This document shows positions 24,739 to 34,435 of a DNA stretch of 64,000 bases, one piece after another. The position numbers and the translations under genes are program-made. Source of the DNA: Polyangiales bacterium (GTDB taxonomy: Bacteria > Myxococcota_A > Polyangia > Polyangiales > Polyangiaceae); the NCBI GenBank assembly GCA_038231275.1, contig JBBRLQ010000010.1, forward strand, positions 1-64,000, written 5' to 3'. Each line of letters starts with the position of its first letter. The first letter of the stretch is position 1. The notes under the pieces were generated by a model. It saw only the letters and a list, made by a program, of their open reading frames with translations, did not search any database and was not told where the DNA came from.

Positions 24739-26439
24739 CTACGGCGCCGACCGCTCCGCCTGCACTTCTGCCGGCAGCGGGAACCAACGGAGGTGCTCGA
24801 AGTCCGCCGACACCGGCGGCACGCGCCCGCCGCCCGGATCGTCCGGCGCCTGATCGAGGATGCGCCGCGCCTCGTCGATGTACGTCGGCAGCACCCACTC
24901 CGGCTCCGTGGCGTGGCGCGATCGGTACGTGAGCTTTCCCCCGCGGTACGAGAGATCCTTCAGGCGCATCGCCGGCGCCGTGAGGCCGCGCCGGTGTGTC
25001 CAGAGCCCTGTTTTTGGCTCGAAATCGTACTGCGGGAGCATCTTGTAGCCCTCGCTCGCGACGAGGCTCACGGCGTCCAGGATGAACTGGAAGACCGTCT
25101 CGCTCAAAAAATAGTTGAAGTTGACGCGCACCCACCCGGGCTTGATCCCCTCGCAGCCGCGCACGATCTCGCGCTCGAACTCCATCGACCGCTCGAGATC
25201 GATGCCGAGGAGGCGATGCCCGTAAGGGCCCGCGCACGCGCAGCCGGAGCGCGCCTGGATGCCGAACAGATCGTTCAGGAGCGTGGCCACGAAGTTGTGG
25301 TGGAGGTAGCGGCCTTTGTGGCGGACGACGAACGAGACGATCGACAGACGCCACGCGTCCTTGTTGCCGAGGAGGTTGATGTTCTCGTTCTTGCTCCACT
25401 CGGCGATCGCGCGCCGGATGAACGCCTCTTCGTGCGCGCGGATCGTCTCGACGCCGACGGCCTCCTTCAGCTGGAAGACGAGGCCGGCGCGCACCGACTC
25501 CACGATCGCCGGCGTTCCGCCCTCTTCGCGGTGCTCGGGATCGGCGAGGTAGCGATGCTCGAGAGGGTTCACGTACGCGACGGTCCCGCCGCCCGGCACC
25601 GAGGGGACGCGGTTCGTGAAGAGCGCGCGCTTGGCGACGAGGACGCCTGGCGTGCCGGGCCCGCCGATGAACTTGTGCGGCGAAAGGAAGATCGCGTCCT
25701 TGTACGCGAGGCCGGCGTCGGGGCCTTCGTACTTCGGGTTCATCTCGATCTGCACGTAGGGCGCCGCCGCCGCAAAATCCCAGAACGCGAGCGCGCCGTT
25801 CTTGTGGAGGAGCGTGGAGACCGCGCGCGTGTCGGTGCCGATGCCGGTGACGTTCGACGCCGCGGAGAAGCTGCCGATCTTGAGCCCGCGCGCCGAGTGC
25901 ACGGCGAGCGCGTTGCCGAGGTGCTCGAGCGAGACGTGGCCGTCCAGGTCTTCTGGGATGACGACGACGTCGGCGATTGACTCGCGCCACGGCAGCTCGT
26001 TCGAGTGGTGCTCGTACGGCCCAATGAAGACGACGGGCCGCTCCGCCGCGGGGATCTGCGCCGTCAGCTCGTAGCGCTCGTCCAGGTTCTTGGGGATCCG
26101 GACGTTGAGGACGTCGATGAGCTTGTTGATCGCGGCGGTGGCGCCTGAGCCGCAGAAGATGACGCAGTCTTCGTCGGTGCCGCCGACGGCTTCCTTGATC
26201 AGCAGGCGCGCGTCCTCGCGCAGGCGCGTCGTGTCGAGGCCAGTCGACGACGACTCGGTGTGCGTGTTCGCGTAGCGCGGCAAGACCTCGTCGCGGATGA
26301 AGTCCTCGATGAAGCCGAGTGATCGCCCCGAGGCGGTGTAGTCGGCGTACGTGATGCGGCGTGGGCCGAAGGGGCCGAGGAACACCTCGTCGTCGCCGAT
26401 GATGCCGGCGCGGATCGTGTCGATCAATCGCTCGGTCAC
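24739..26439 (-). CDS. Class V PLP-dependent aminotransferase (cysteine desulfurase-like)
   Basis: YADYTASGR, YANTHT, YEHHSN, ASNVTG, SPHKFIGG, GGTP, RSGCACA. Confidence 0.9.
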   Translation of the reverse strand: MTERLIDTIRAGIIGDDEVFLGPFGPRRITYADYTASGRSLGFIEDFIRDEVLPRYANTHTESSSTGLDTTRLREDARLLIKEAVGGTDEDCVIFCGSGATAAINKLIDVLNVRIPKNLDERYELTAQIPAAERPVVFIGPYEHHSNELPWRESIADVVVIPEDLDGHVSLEHLGNALAVHSARGLKIGSFSAASNVTGIGTDTRAVSTLLHKNGALAFWDFAAAAPYVQIEMNPKYEGPDAGLAYKDAIFLSPHKFIGGPGTPGVLVAKRALFTNRVPSVPGGGTVAYVNPLEHRYLADPEHREEGGTPAIVESVRAGLVFQLKEAVGVETIRAHEEAFIRRAIAEWSKNENINLLGNKDAWRLSIVSFVVRHKGRYLHHNFVATLLNDLFGIQARSGCACAGPYGHRLLGIDLERSMEFEREIVRGCEGIKPGWVRVNFNYFLSETVFQFILDAVSLVASEGYKMLPQYDFEPKTGLWTHRRGLTAPAMRLKDLSYRGGKLTYRSRHATEPEWVLPTYIDEARRILDQAPDDPGGGRVPPVSADFEHLRWFPLPAEVQAERSAP

Positions 26440-27551
26440 GGCGTGTGGTCGCCGAGCGTCCCGGCCTGGCGTCCGGTGATCTTGTCGAACACGTCGAGCC
26501 AGCTGCCGTGGAAGAGGTAGACGCGCGATGGCCCCACGGTGACCGAGCCTTGCGACGCGTTGCCGTCGGGGATCGGCACCTCCCACGCGCGGTCGCCGAC
26601 CTTCCCGTCGATCGCGGCGAAGTGCCAGCCGCCGGCCTGGAGTCGGAAGGACGCATACAGCCGACCGTCCACGAGCTCGACGATTCGGCCGGCGGCGGCC
26701 ACTACGCTCGTCGGATCCTCCGACTCGGCGATCGCGTGCTGCCAGCGGACCTTCTTCGACTTGGGCTCGAAGCCGACGGCCATCGGGACCGGCGTGCCGG
26801 GCGACTTGGCGCCCAGCGCGATCGCGACGTCTCCGTCGACGAGCACCTTCGACGGCGCGAAGCCGGGCGTCGAGGGCGCCTCGAGCTTCGGTCCCTTCGC
26901 CGCCCAACACCCTTGCGGCGGCGCCTCGACCGCCTTCGTCTCGGCGAGGGCCAGGTCCATCGCGACGTTCTTTCCGTCGGCGACGCGCGCCCACACCTTC
27001 GTCTTGTCGGCGCCGTAGACGCAGATCTCGGTGACGCGATCGCTCGTGTGGATCGTGCCGGTCTCGTCGCCGTTGGTCACGACGTAGAGGTGGACGGCGT
27101 TCGACTCGGCAGCGAGCAGGCGGCCGGCGACGAGCTGGAGGATGGGCGCCTTCTCGCCGCGCTCGATCACCGCGATGGGGCCGGCGCGCCAGAGGCGAGA
27201 GAGCGTCGCGCCGTCGAACGCGCCCACGAAGTAGCTGAGCTTGCCGTCGTCGCCGACCGTCGAGAAGAGGCCGACGACGTCCTCCATCTCGTCGCCGCCG
27301 ACCTGCGTGATGATCGGCGCGTCGTGCCAGTGGATCGCGCGCTCCGCGACGGCCGGCACCGAGGGGGCCGCGGCAGACGCTGCGGATGCCGCCGCAGCGC
27401 CCGGCTCGACCGATGCGCTGGTCGGCGTTGCGGCAGCGCGCGTGGGGCGGCGGAGCTGCAAAAACACGTTTGCCGCGAGCGCGCACAGGTTCAAGACCAG
27501 GACGACGAGGATGGCCGCGAGCAGGGCGTTCAGCTTGGCGTTCGGTCTCAC
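26436..27551 (-). CDS. Membrane-anchored PQQ-like beta-propeller protein
   Basis: N-terminal TM; AFDGATLSRLW, AIDGKVGDRAW and FDKITG repeats. Confidence 0.65.
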   Translation of the reverse strand: MRPNAKLNALLAAILVVLVLNLCALAANVFLQLRRPTRAAATPTSASVEPGAAAASAASAAAPSVPAVAERAIHWHDAPIITQVGGDEMEDVVGLFSTVGDDGKLSYFVGAFDGATLSRLWRAGPIAVIERGEKAPILQLVAGRLLAAESNAVHLYVVTNGDETGTIHTSDRVTEICVYGADKTKVWARVADGKNVAMDLALAETKAVEAPPQGCWAAKGPKLEAPSTPGFAPSKVLVDGDVAIALGAKSPGTPVPMAVGFEPKSKKVRWQHAIAESEDPTSVVAAAGRIVELVDGRLYASFRLQAGGWHFAAIDGKVGDRAWEVPIPDGNASQGSVTVGPSRVYLFHGSWLDVFDKITGRQAGTLGDHTP

Positions 27552-27648
27552 GTTCCTCGAAGGCTACCAGTCTCCGCGCCTCGGCGGGAGGCGGAGACCG
27601 CGCGGCGCGACGCCCCATGCCGGTCCGGGCTTGGTATGCTGGCGGACG

Positions 27649-29004
27649 ATGTCCTCCTGGTCTCCCCTCTCGTGGAAGTCGAAGGAAGCCGCGCAAGCCG
27701 TGGCGTACGACGATCCCAAAGAGCTCGCGCGCGTCACCGAGAAGCTGCACGAGCTGCCGCCGCTCGTGACCTCCTGGGAGATCGAGAAGCTGAAGTCGCT
27801 CGTCGCCGAGGCGCAAGTGGGCAAGCGCTTCCTCCTCCAAGGTGGCGACTGCGCGGAGACGCTCGCCGACTGCCGCTCGCCCATCATCGCCAACAAGCTG
27901 AAGATTCTGCTGCAGATGTCGCTCGTCCTCATCCACGGTGGGCATCGGCCGGTCATCCGCGTCGGGCGACTCGCCGGCCAATACGCGAAGCCGCGCTCGC
28001 GCCCGACCGAGACCAAGGACGGCGCCACGCTCCCGAGCTACTTCGGCGATCTCGTGAACCGCCCGGAGTTCACGCCCGAGGCGCGCCGCGCCGATCCGCA
28101 GCTGCTCCTTCGAGGCTACGAGCACGCGGCGATGACGCTCAACTTCATCCGCTCGCTCAGCGCTGGCGGCTTCGCGGACTTGCACCACCCCGAATACTGG
28201 GATCTCTCGTTCTTCCAGCGCTCCGAGCTGCCGGAGTCGTTGCGTGTAGGATACAAGAAAATGAGCTCGCAGATCGCCGAGGCGCTGCGGTTCATGGAGG
28301 CGCTCGGCGACAGCAGCGTCGAGTCGATGTCGCGCGTCGATTTCTACACGAGCCACGAGGGGCTGAACCTCGAGTACGAGTCGGCGCAGACGCGCGCGGT
28401 GCCGCGGCGCGAGGGGTTCTTCGATCTCACGACGCACATGCCGTGGATCGGCGAGCGCACGCGCGCGTTGACGGGCGCGCACGTGGAGTTCTTCCGCGGC
28501 GTGCGCAACACGGTGGGCGTCAAGCTCGGCCCCTCCGCCGATCCGGCCGAGGTGGTGGAGCTCTTGAAGACGCTGGATCCCGTGAACGAGCCTGGCAAGA
28601 TGGTCCTCATCACGCGCATGGGAGCCGGCGCCGTGGAGGCGAAGCTGCCCGCGCTGCTGGAGGCGGTGACGCGCGCCGAGCGACGGGTACTCTGGGTGAG
28701 CGATCCGATGCACGGCAACATGATCCAGACCTCGTCGGGCCTGAAGACCCGCGACTTCGATCAGATCCTGCGCGAGGTGGAGCTCTCGTTCGACGTCCAC
28801 GCGCGCACGGGCACGCGCTTGGGCGGCGTCCACTTCGAGCTCACGGGCGACGACGTGACCGAGTGCATCGGCGGTGGGATCACCGAGGCGGACCTCGACA
28901 AGAGCTACCTCACCGCGTGCGACCCCCGTCTCAACTACCGGCAGGCGCTGGAGATGGCGTTCCGCGTCGCGGGGAAGATGAGCGACTCCCGCACGTCGGG
29001 GTGA
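27649..29004 (+). CDS. Class II DAHP synthase
   Basis: FLLQGGDCAE, GRLAGQYAKPRS, YTSHEGL, WIGERTR, DPMHGN, GGVHFE, CDPRLN. Confidence 0.95.
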   Translation: MSSWSPLSWKSKEAAQAVAYDDPKELARVTEKLHELPPLVTSWEIEKLKSLVAEAQVGKRFLLQGGDCAETLADCRSPIIANKLKILLQMSLVLIHGGHRPVIRVGRLAGQYAKPRSRPTETKDGATLPSYFGDLVNRPEFTPEARRADPQLLLRGYEHAAMTLNFIRSLSAGGFADLHHPEYWDLSFFQRSELPESLRVGYKKMSSQIAEALRFMEALGDSSVESMSRVDFYTSHEGLNLEYESAQTRAVPRREGFFDLTTHMPWIGERTRALTGAHVEFFRGVRNTVGVKLGPSADPAEVVELLKTLDPVNEPGKMVLITRMGAGAVEAKLPALLEAVTRAERRVLWVSDPMHGNMIQTSSGLKTRDFDQILREVELSFDVHARTGTRLGGVHFELTGDDVTECIGGGITEADLDKSYLTACDPRLNYRQALEMAFRVAGKMSDSRTSG

Positions 29005-29020
29005 GCCCCTCCGGTGCCCG

Positions 29021-30004
29021 TCACGCCGCGACGGGGCGACGTGCGCCCTCGAGCAGCTCGAGGCATTGCGCGAGCGAGTCGCACACATTGAGCTGACGAC
29101 GAAGCTCTGCGGCGCCGTGCAGGCCCTTCAGGTAGCCCGACAAATGTCGACGCGTGACGCGCACGCCGTACGGCTCGCCGCGCGCCTCGACGTTGGCGAG
29201 GAGGTGCTCCTTGCAGAGATCGATGCGCTCGTCGGACGTGGGGCCCGGGAGGTCTTCGCCGCGATCGAGCTTCGCGCGGATCTCGCGGAAGACCCACGGG
29301 TGCTCGATGGCGCGGCGGCCCACCATGACGCCCGCGCATCGCGTCGTCGCGAGCGCGCGATCGGCGTCGTCGCCCGTCTTCACGACGCCGTTCACGATGA
29401 CCGGGATCGTCACGACCTCGCGCGCCTTCGCCGCCCACGTCCAGTCCGCGGCGCCGCTGTGCCCCATCTTCGCGGTGCGGCAGTGGATGGTGAGCGCGCG
29501 CACGCCCACGTCTTCGAGCCGGCGCGCGAGGTCGACGATGGGCATCTCCGACTCGGGGCCGTAGCCGATGCGCGTCTTGACGGTGACGGGGAGCGAGACG
29601 CTCTCGACGACCATCTTCGCCATCGCGACCATCGCCGCCGGATCGCGCAGCCACCCAGCCCCTGCGCCGCGGCCGGCGATCTTGGGAACCCAGCAGCCGC
29701 AGTTGATGTCGAGGTAGAACGGCTCGGCGCTCGCGGCGTAGCGCGCGGCCTCGGCGAGGCGCTCGGGATCGGCGCCGTAGATCTGGATCGCCGTGAGCTC
29801 GTCGTCGGGCGCGAGGGCGATCTTGCGGCGCGCGTTGCGACAGCCGCGCAGGAGGCCCTCGACGTTAACGAACTCGGTCAGGCAAATCTCCGCGCCGTGC
29901 TTGCGGCAGAGGCGCCGAAACACCGCGTCCGACACGTCCTCCAGCGGGGCGAGGAGGGCGGGCCGGCGCGAGAAAAGCTCGTCGAAACGGGAGGAATCGT
30001 GCAC
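29021..30004 (-). CDS. dusB: tRNA-dihydrouridine synthase (DusB-like)
   Basis: LAPL, QIYG, DINCGC, GAGAG, PVTVKTRIG, IHCRT, VNG, GVMVGR. Confidence 0.88.
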   Translation of the reverse strand: MHDSSRFDELFSRRPALLAPLEDVSDAVFRRLCRKHGAEICLTEFVNVEGLLRGCRNARRKIALAPDDELTAIQIYGADPERLAEAARYAASAEPFYLDINCGCWVPKIAGRGAGAGWLRDPAAMVAMAKMVVESVSLPVTVKTRIGYGPESEMPIVDLARRLEDVGVRALTIHCRTAKMGHSGAADWTWAAKAREVVTIPVIVNGVVKTGDDADRALATTRCAGVMVGRRAIEHPWVFREIRAKLDRGEDLPGPTSDERIDLCKEHLLANVEARGEPYGVRVTRRHLSGYLKGLHGAAELRRQLNVCDSLAQCLELLEGARRPVAA

Positions 30005-30115
30005 GTCGAGGCGGCTGTGTAGCGCAAAATTGCGTCGTGCGCACGCCTGCTCGACCGCTCCTTGCCTGGGCGTACCGGCGGTGCTTTGGTCGCGATTCGC
30101 GGTAGCCTGACGTTC

Positions 30116-30631
30116 GTGAACGGCCCCCCGTATGCAGACGGTCCCCCGCCGCCCCAGAAGAAGATGAGCGGGTGCGTCATCGCGCTCATCGTCGGCGGTG
30201 TCGTGCTGCTCCTCGGCAGCATCGCCGTCGGGATCGGCGTTTACGCGTTTGCCACGAGCAAGGTCGGCAAGACAGCTTTCAAGGTCATCGGCGAGGGGAC
30301 CAAGATCGCCGAGAGGGGCCTGAAGGCGCCGGGCACACCAGAGATCCGCGCGCTCGGCTGTGAGCAGGCGATGGTCCTCGACATGAAGGACTTCGCCGCC
30401 CTCATGAGCGATCTGGTCGACGCCGGGACCGACGCGGGCATGCCCGACGGCCTCATGATCACTTGCCAGGTGCAGAGCGCCACCAAGAGCCCGGCGTGCG
30501 ACGTCATCGCGTCGACGTACGTGAAGGCCGTGGGCGTCGCGAGCGCCGACTTCACCGTGACCGTGCAGACCCCGAACGGCAAGAAACCCATCTGCGAGTC
30601 CACCTACGACACGAAGGGCGCTCCGCGTTGA
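30116..30631 (+). CDS. Membrane-anchored hypothetical protein
   Basis: Pro-rich N-terminus, then a KKMSGC TM helix; four Cys in the extracytoplasmic part. Confidence 0.65.
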   Translation: MNGPPYADGPPPPQKKMSGCVIALIVGGVVLLLGSIAVGIGVYAFATSKVGKTAFKVIGEGTKIAERGLKAPGTPEIRALGCEQAMVLDMKDFAALMSDLVDAGTDAGMPDGLMITCQVQSATKSPACDVIASTYVKAVGVASADFTVTVQTPNGKKPICESTYDTKGAPR

Positions 30632-30659
30632 CGACGTCGCCCGCGGGCAAGCGTGTCTC

Positions 30660-31277
30660 TCATGGCGCCGGCGATGCGAGGAGCACGCCGAGGAGATCCT
30701 CCGCAGCGGCGAGCGACCAGACGCGGATGGTCAAGGTGAAGGAGCCCTGACGCATCTCCGCGTCCCCCGACGAGGGGCAGACGGACATCCCCATCGGCTC
30801 GCCGTACCCCCGGTACGCGTACGAGAGGCTCATGTGCTCGCCGGCCTTTCGCGCCTCGATCGTTCGGTGAAACTCGTCGTACTCGTCCTCGACGCTGGCG
30901 CGCCGGTCGACCACGAAGCCGCGGGCCTCCACGAGCGCGATCGACGCCTCGAACGTGCAGGGGTCGAAGAGGCCCTGCAGCGCGGCCAGCTCGTCGAAGG
31001 CGCGCGCGGCGTCGGCAACCTTCACGTGGTACCGCGTCTCACCGGCCCAACCTACCGCGACGAGCGGGCCGAACGTCGTCGTGTGGTCCACGAAGTCGGC
31101 CTCCGCGCAGAGACCACGACGAACGACATCCGCACGCAGCGGCCCGCGGGTGGTCGTGCACTTCGTCACGTCCATCGGCACGTCTTTGATCACGAGCGCG
31201 TTCTCGCGCACGCGGACGACCGACCAGCCCGCCGCCGCCAGCCGCGCCCGCATCTTCTCCGACTCGCCGGCCGCCAT
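30660..31277 (-). CDS. Hypothetical protein
   Basis: GGAGGG RBS before the ATG; normal codon pattern. Confidence 0.6.
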   Translation of the reverse strand: MAAGESEKMRARLAAAGWSVVRVRENALVIKDVPMDVTKCTTTRGPLRADVVRRGLCAEADFVDHTTTFGPLVAVGWAGETRYHVKVADAARAFDELAALQGLFDPCTFEASIALVEARGFVVDRRASVEDEYDEFHRTIEARKAGEHMSLSYAYRGYGEPMGMSVCPSSGDAEMRQGSFTLTIRVWSLAAAEDLLGVLLASPAP

Positions 31278-31445
31278 CTAGCCCTCCGGTGGGTCGCCAC
31301 AGAATGCCACGCGACGGCGCGAGGCTGCCCCGAAATCAATCCCGCTGCGCGCCCTGCCGGACGGACGGCCATTGACGCGTAGGGAAGCCCTGGTACGAGA
31401 CGCCCGTACCACATTGCTGCCCTCGGAGAAGGCGCGCCCCGACGC

Positions 31446-32156
31446 ATGAACTACTACTGGATGTACTATGCAGCGACCTTCTTCCTCGCGTTCGCGGAGA
31501 AGAACCCGAAGGTTGGCGCCATCGCGCTCGTCTTCTTCGTGCTGCAGCCGTGGCTCCCCGATCCGGTCGTCCTCATCAAGAACCTGTCGCGCATCGGCCG
31601 GCTGCGGCGCCTCTCGTCCATGAACGCCGCGAACGTTCCGGCGCGGCGCGACCTCGGCCTCGCGTACCTCGATCTCCGGATGCCCAGGACCGCGCTGCAC
31701 TGGCTCGAGGAGGCGCAGAAGCTCGATCCGCACAACCAAGAGATCGCCTACCTCCGCGGCGTCGCGCGCCTGAAGGCGGGCGACGCCGAAGGAGCGCTGC
31801 GCGCGTTCGGCGAGGCGGTGGGGATCGATCCCGACAAGGGCGAGCCGTTCTCCAGCAAGAACCCGCGCGGCAACGAGCGCACCTTCCGCCGCTTCGGCGA
31901 GGCGTACCTCGGCGCTGCCGACGCGCTCGAGCGCCTCGAGCGATTGCCGCAGGCCGAGGAGGCGCTCCAAGTGAGCTCGACGTACAACACGTCGTCGCTC
32001 GAGCCGCTCGTGCGTCTGTCGCGCGTGCGGCGCCGGCAGGGCAACAAGGACGGCGCGCGCGAGGCCTTGCGCGAGGCACGGCGGACGTGGGGGCAGCTCC
32101 CGGGGTTCATGAAGAGGAAGCAACTCGGGCTCTACGTCCGCGCGGTGCTGGGCTGA
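31446..32156 (+). CDS. Membrane-anchored TPR protein
   Basis: Two N-terminal TMs; TPR-like helices (LGLAYL..., EAQKLDP, YLRGVA). Confidence 0.8.
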   Translation: MNYYWMYYAATFFLAFAEKNPKVGAIALVFFVLQPWLPDPVVLIKNLSRIGRLRRLSSMNAANVPARRDLGLAYLDLRMPRTALHWLEEAQKLDPHNQEIAYLRGVARLKAGDAEGALRAFGEAVGIDPDKGEPFSSKNPRGNERTFRRFGEAYLGAADALERLERLPQAEEALQVSSTYNTSSLEPLVRLSRVRRRQGNKDGAREALREARRTWGQLPGFMKRKQLGLYVRAVLG

Positions 32157-32158
32157 CC

Positions 32159-33100
32159 ATGCGACGCGGCGCGATCTGGTCCTTCGCGGCGAGCATCGCT
32201 TTCGTCGCGTGCTCCTCCTCTAGTGCGCGTGCCCCCGACGCCGTCGACGCCGGAGCGGACGGCGCGATCGCGGACGCGTCGTCGGCCGATGCCCCGAATG
32301 ACGCGGCGCCGCCCGCATGCAACGGCCACCCCGAGCTGTGCGCGCGCCGCTTCGACGAGGTCGCGTTTCCGTGCACGCACAACGCGTACTCGACGGCGGC
32401 GTACGGCTTCGACCCGCCGTACCGGAATCAGGACAGCGGGATCGCCAAGCAGCTCGTCGACGGCGTGCGGTGCATGATGCTCGATGTCTACGACGACGCC
32501 GGCGCGCGCGCGCTCTGTCACGTGTCGTGCGCGCTCGCGAAAAAATCGCACCTCGAAGTCCTCGCCGAGCTGAAGGCGTTCCTCGACGCGAACCCGCGCG
32601 AGGTGGTGACGCTCGACTACGAGGACTACGTTCCGGCCGCCGATCTGCTCGCCGACCTCGCGACCGCGGGCCTCGCCGCGATGCTCGTGGCCGCGGACCC
32701 CGCCGCGGGCTGGCCGACGCTGGGCGCGATGATCTCGTCGAACAAGCGCCTCGTCGTCGGCGTCGAAGGAATCACCACGAAGACGAGCCCGCCCGCGGGC
32801 ATCTACGAATTTTATTCGATCGCGTGGGACACGCCGTACACGTTCACCCAGCCCGCCGACTTCTCGTGCGCGCTGAACCGCGGGCAGACGACGAACGCGC
32901 TCTTCCTGGTGAACCACTGGCTCAGCACCAACAGCCTGCCGGACAAGAGCAAGGCCCCTGTCGCCAACGCCTACGCCGCGCTGTACGGACGCGCGAAGGC
33001 GTGCGGCGACGGCGCGCACGATCTACCCAACTTCGTCGCGGTCGACTTCTACGAGACGGGCGATCTGTTCCGCGTCGTCGCCGCGCTCAACGGCTTCTGA
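32159..33100 (+). CDS. PI-PLC-like phosphodiesterase lipoprotein
   Basis: Lipobox FVAC; CNGHPELC, THNAYS, QLVDGVR..LD, LCH, NPREVVTL, PNFVAVDFY. Confidence 0.85.
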   Translation: MRRGAIWSFAASIAFVACSSSSARAPDAVDAGADGAIADASSADAPNDAAPPACNGHPELCARRFDEVAFPCTHNAYSTAAYGFDPPYRNQDSGIAKQLVDGVRCMMLDVYDDAGARALCHVSCALAKKSHLEVLAELKAFLDANPREVVTLDYEDYVPAADLLADLATAGLAAMLVAADPAAGWPTLGAMISSNKRLVVGVEGITTKTSPPAGIYEFYSIAWDTPYTFTQPADFSCALNRGQTTNALFLVNHWLSTNSLPDKSKAPVANAYAALYGRAKACGDGAHDLPNFVAVDFYETGDLFRVVAALNGF

Positions 33101-33110
33101 AGAGAGCGCC

Positions 33111-33494
33111 TCACGTGACGGACGCGACGGCGGCCTCGCGCGGCTTTCCGTAGCGGATGACGACGTAGCCGACGATCGCGCCGACCAGCGCGCCCGGCAG
33201 CATGATCTTCCAGTAGTAGTCGGCGCGGCCATAGTGCGTCGCGTTCATGTGCGCGATCGGGAATGTGATGAGCGCCGCGAGGGCGGTGCCGACCGCGATG
33301 CCCAGGGTGGGGTTCTTCATGCGGCGCGCGATGAGGCCGACGAGCACGCCTGCCAGGAGGCCCTTGAATGTGGAACCGATGACGATGCCGCCGATTTGAT
33401 CGCTCATTTCGGGAGAGGAGACGAGCGCCGAGAGGCCGTCGATCGCGCCGAGGCCGGCGCCGGCGAGAAGACCGAGCAAAGGACGATTGAGCAT
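33111..33494 (-). CDS. Small Gly-rich membrane protein (about 4 TM)
   Basis: 127 aa, hydrophobic; divergent from the ECF gene. Confidence 0.7.
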   Translation of the reverse strand: MLNRPLLGLLAGAGLGAIDGLSALVSSPEMSDQIGGIVIGSTFKGLLAGVLVGLIARRMKNPTLGIAVGTALAALITFPIAHMNATHYGRADYYWKIMLPGALVGAIVGYVVIRYGKPREAAVASVT

Positions 33495-33676
33495 GGAATC
33501 TGTCTCCGGTTCGATGAGTGGAGCGAAACGCAGCGGAGCGAAACGCTCCTGGGGAAAATGGCCGCCCACGCAGCCCCGAAGCTCTCTTCGACGTCCGCGC
33601 GGGAGTCTTTCGAGAAAAGGTGCACGTCGAAAGCGGGCGGCGTCGATTGTCGCGCCTCGGCGTGCGACGTAGGCTG

Positions 33677-34435
33677 ATGAGCATCGTGCCCGACGACTCC
33701 GCGATCGGCAACGCGCGGTTTCCCACGACGCGCGGCTCGGCGGTGCGCGGCGCGACGAGCCCGGATCCGTCCGAACGCGCGCGCTCGTGGGCGGCGCTGG
33801 TCGCGGCGTACTGGAAGGCGGCGTACAAATACGTCCGAATGCGTTGGAGGGCGTCGCGCGAGGACGCCGAGGACGCGACCCAGGGCTTCTTCGAGGGCGC
33901 CATCAGAGGGGACGCGTTCGCGTCGTTCGATCCGGCGCGCGCGCGGTTCCGGACGTTCTTCCGCGTATGCCTCGACCGGCACGTGATGGACGTCCGCAAG
34001 GCGACGACACGGCAAAAGCGCGGCGGCGGCGCGACGAACCTGTCGCTTGATTTTGGCGAGGCCGAGCGCGAGCTGTCCCTCGCGAGCGCCGCTACCTGGG
34101 AGTCGCCGGAGGAGGGCTTCGATCGCGAATGGCGCCGCAGCCTCTTCACGCTCGCGGTCGCGGCGCTCGAGGAGGAGCTCGCGACGTCTGGCAAACGAGG
34201 GCATTTTGAGCTCTTCGCGGCGTACGATCTCGTCGATCCCGCAGGGCGGCCCACCTACGACGCGCTCGCGGCGTCGCGCGGCGTGCCGGTGACGACCGTG
34301 ACGAACCACCTCGCGTTCGCGCGTCGTGAGCTCCGACGCCTCGTCCTCGAGAAGCTCGCCGAGATCACCTCGAACGACGCCGAGCTCGATCGGGAGGCGG
34401 CGTTCCTGCTGGCAAAGCCGACGGAGCCGGGCTGA
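33677..34435 (+). CDS. ECF sigma-70 factor (STK-associated type)
   Basis: N-terminal RFPTTRGS, region 2 YWK..Y.YVR, DAEDATQGFF, RFRTF, KRGGG, FDREW; region 4 HTH. Confidence 0.85.
   Translation: MSIVPDDSAIGNARFPTTRGSAVRGATSPDPSERARSWAALVAAYWKAAYKYVRMRWRASREDAEDATQGFFEGAIRGDAFASFDPARARFRTFFRVCLDRHVMDVRKATTRQKRGGGATNLSLDFGEAERELSLASAATWESPEEGFDREWRRSLFTLAVAALEEELATSGKRGHFELFAAYDLVDPAGRPTYDALAASRGVPVTTVTNHLAFARRELRRLVLEKLAEITSNDAELDREAAFLLAKPTEPG

Noticed and set aside
27649..29004. Class II DAHP synthase as a sign of a secondary-metabolite cluster
   Set aside because: No biosynthetic neighbours; this class is already known in myxobacteria
24739..29088. 1,449-aa fusion ORF
   Set aside because: The upstream part is the antisense shadow of DAHP synthase and an off-frame reading of the propeller gene; the real aminotransferase starts at 26439
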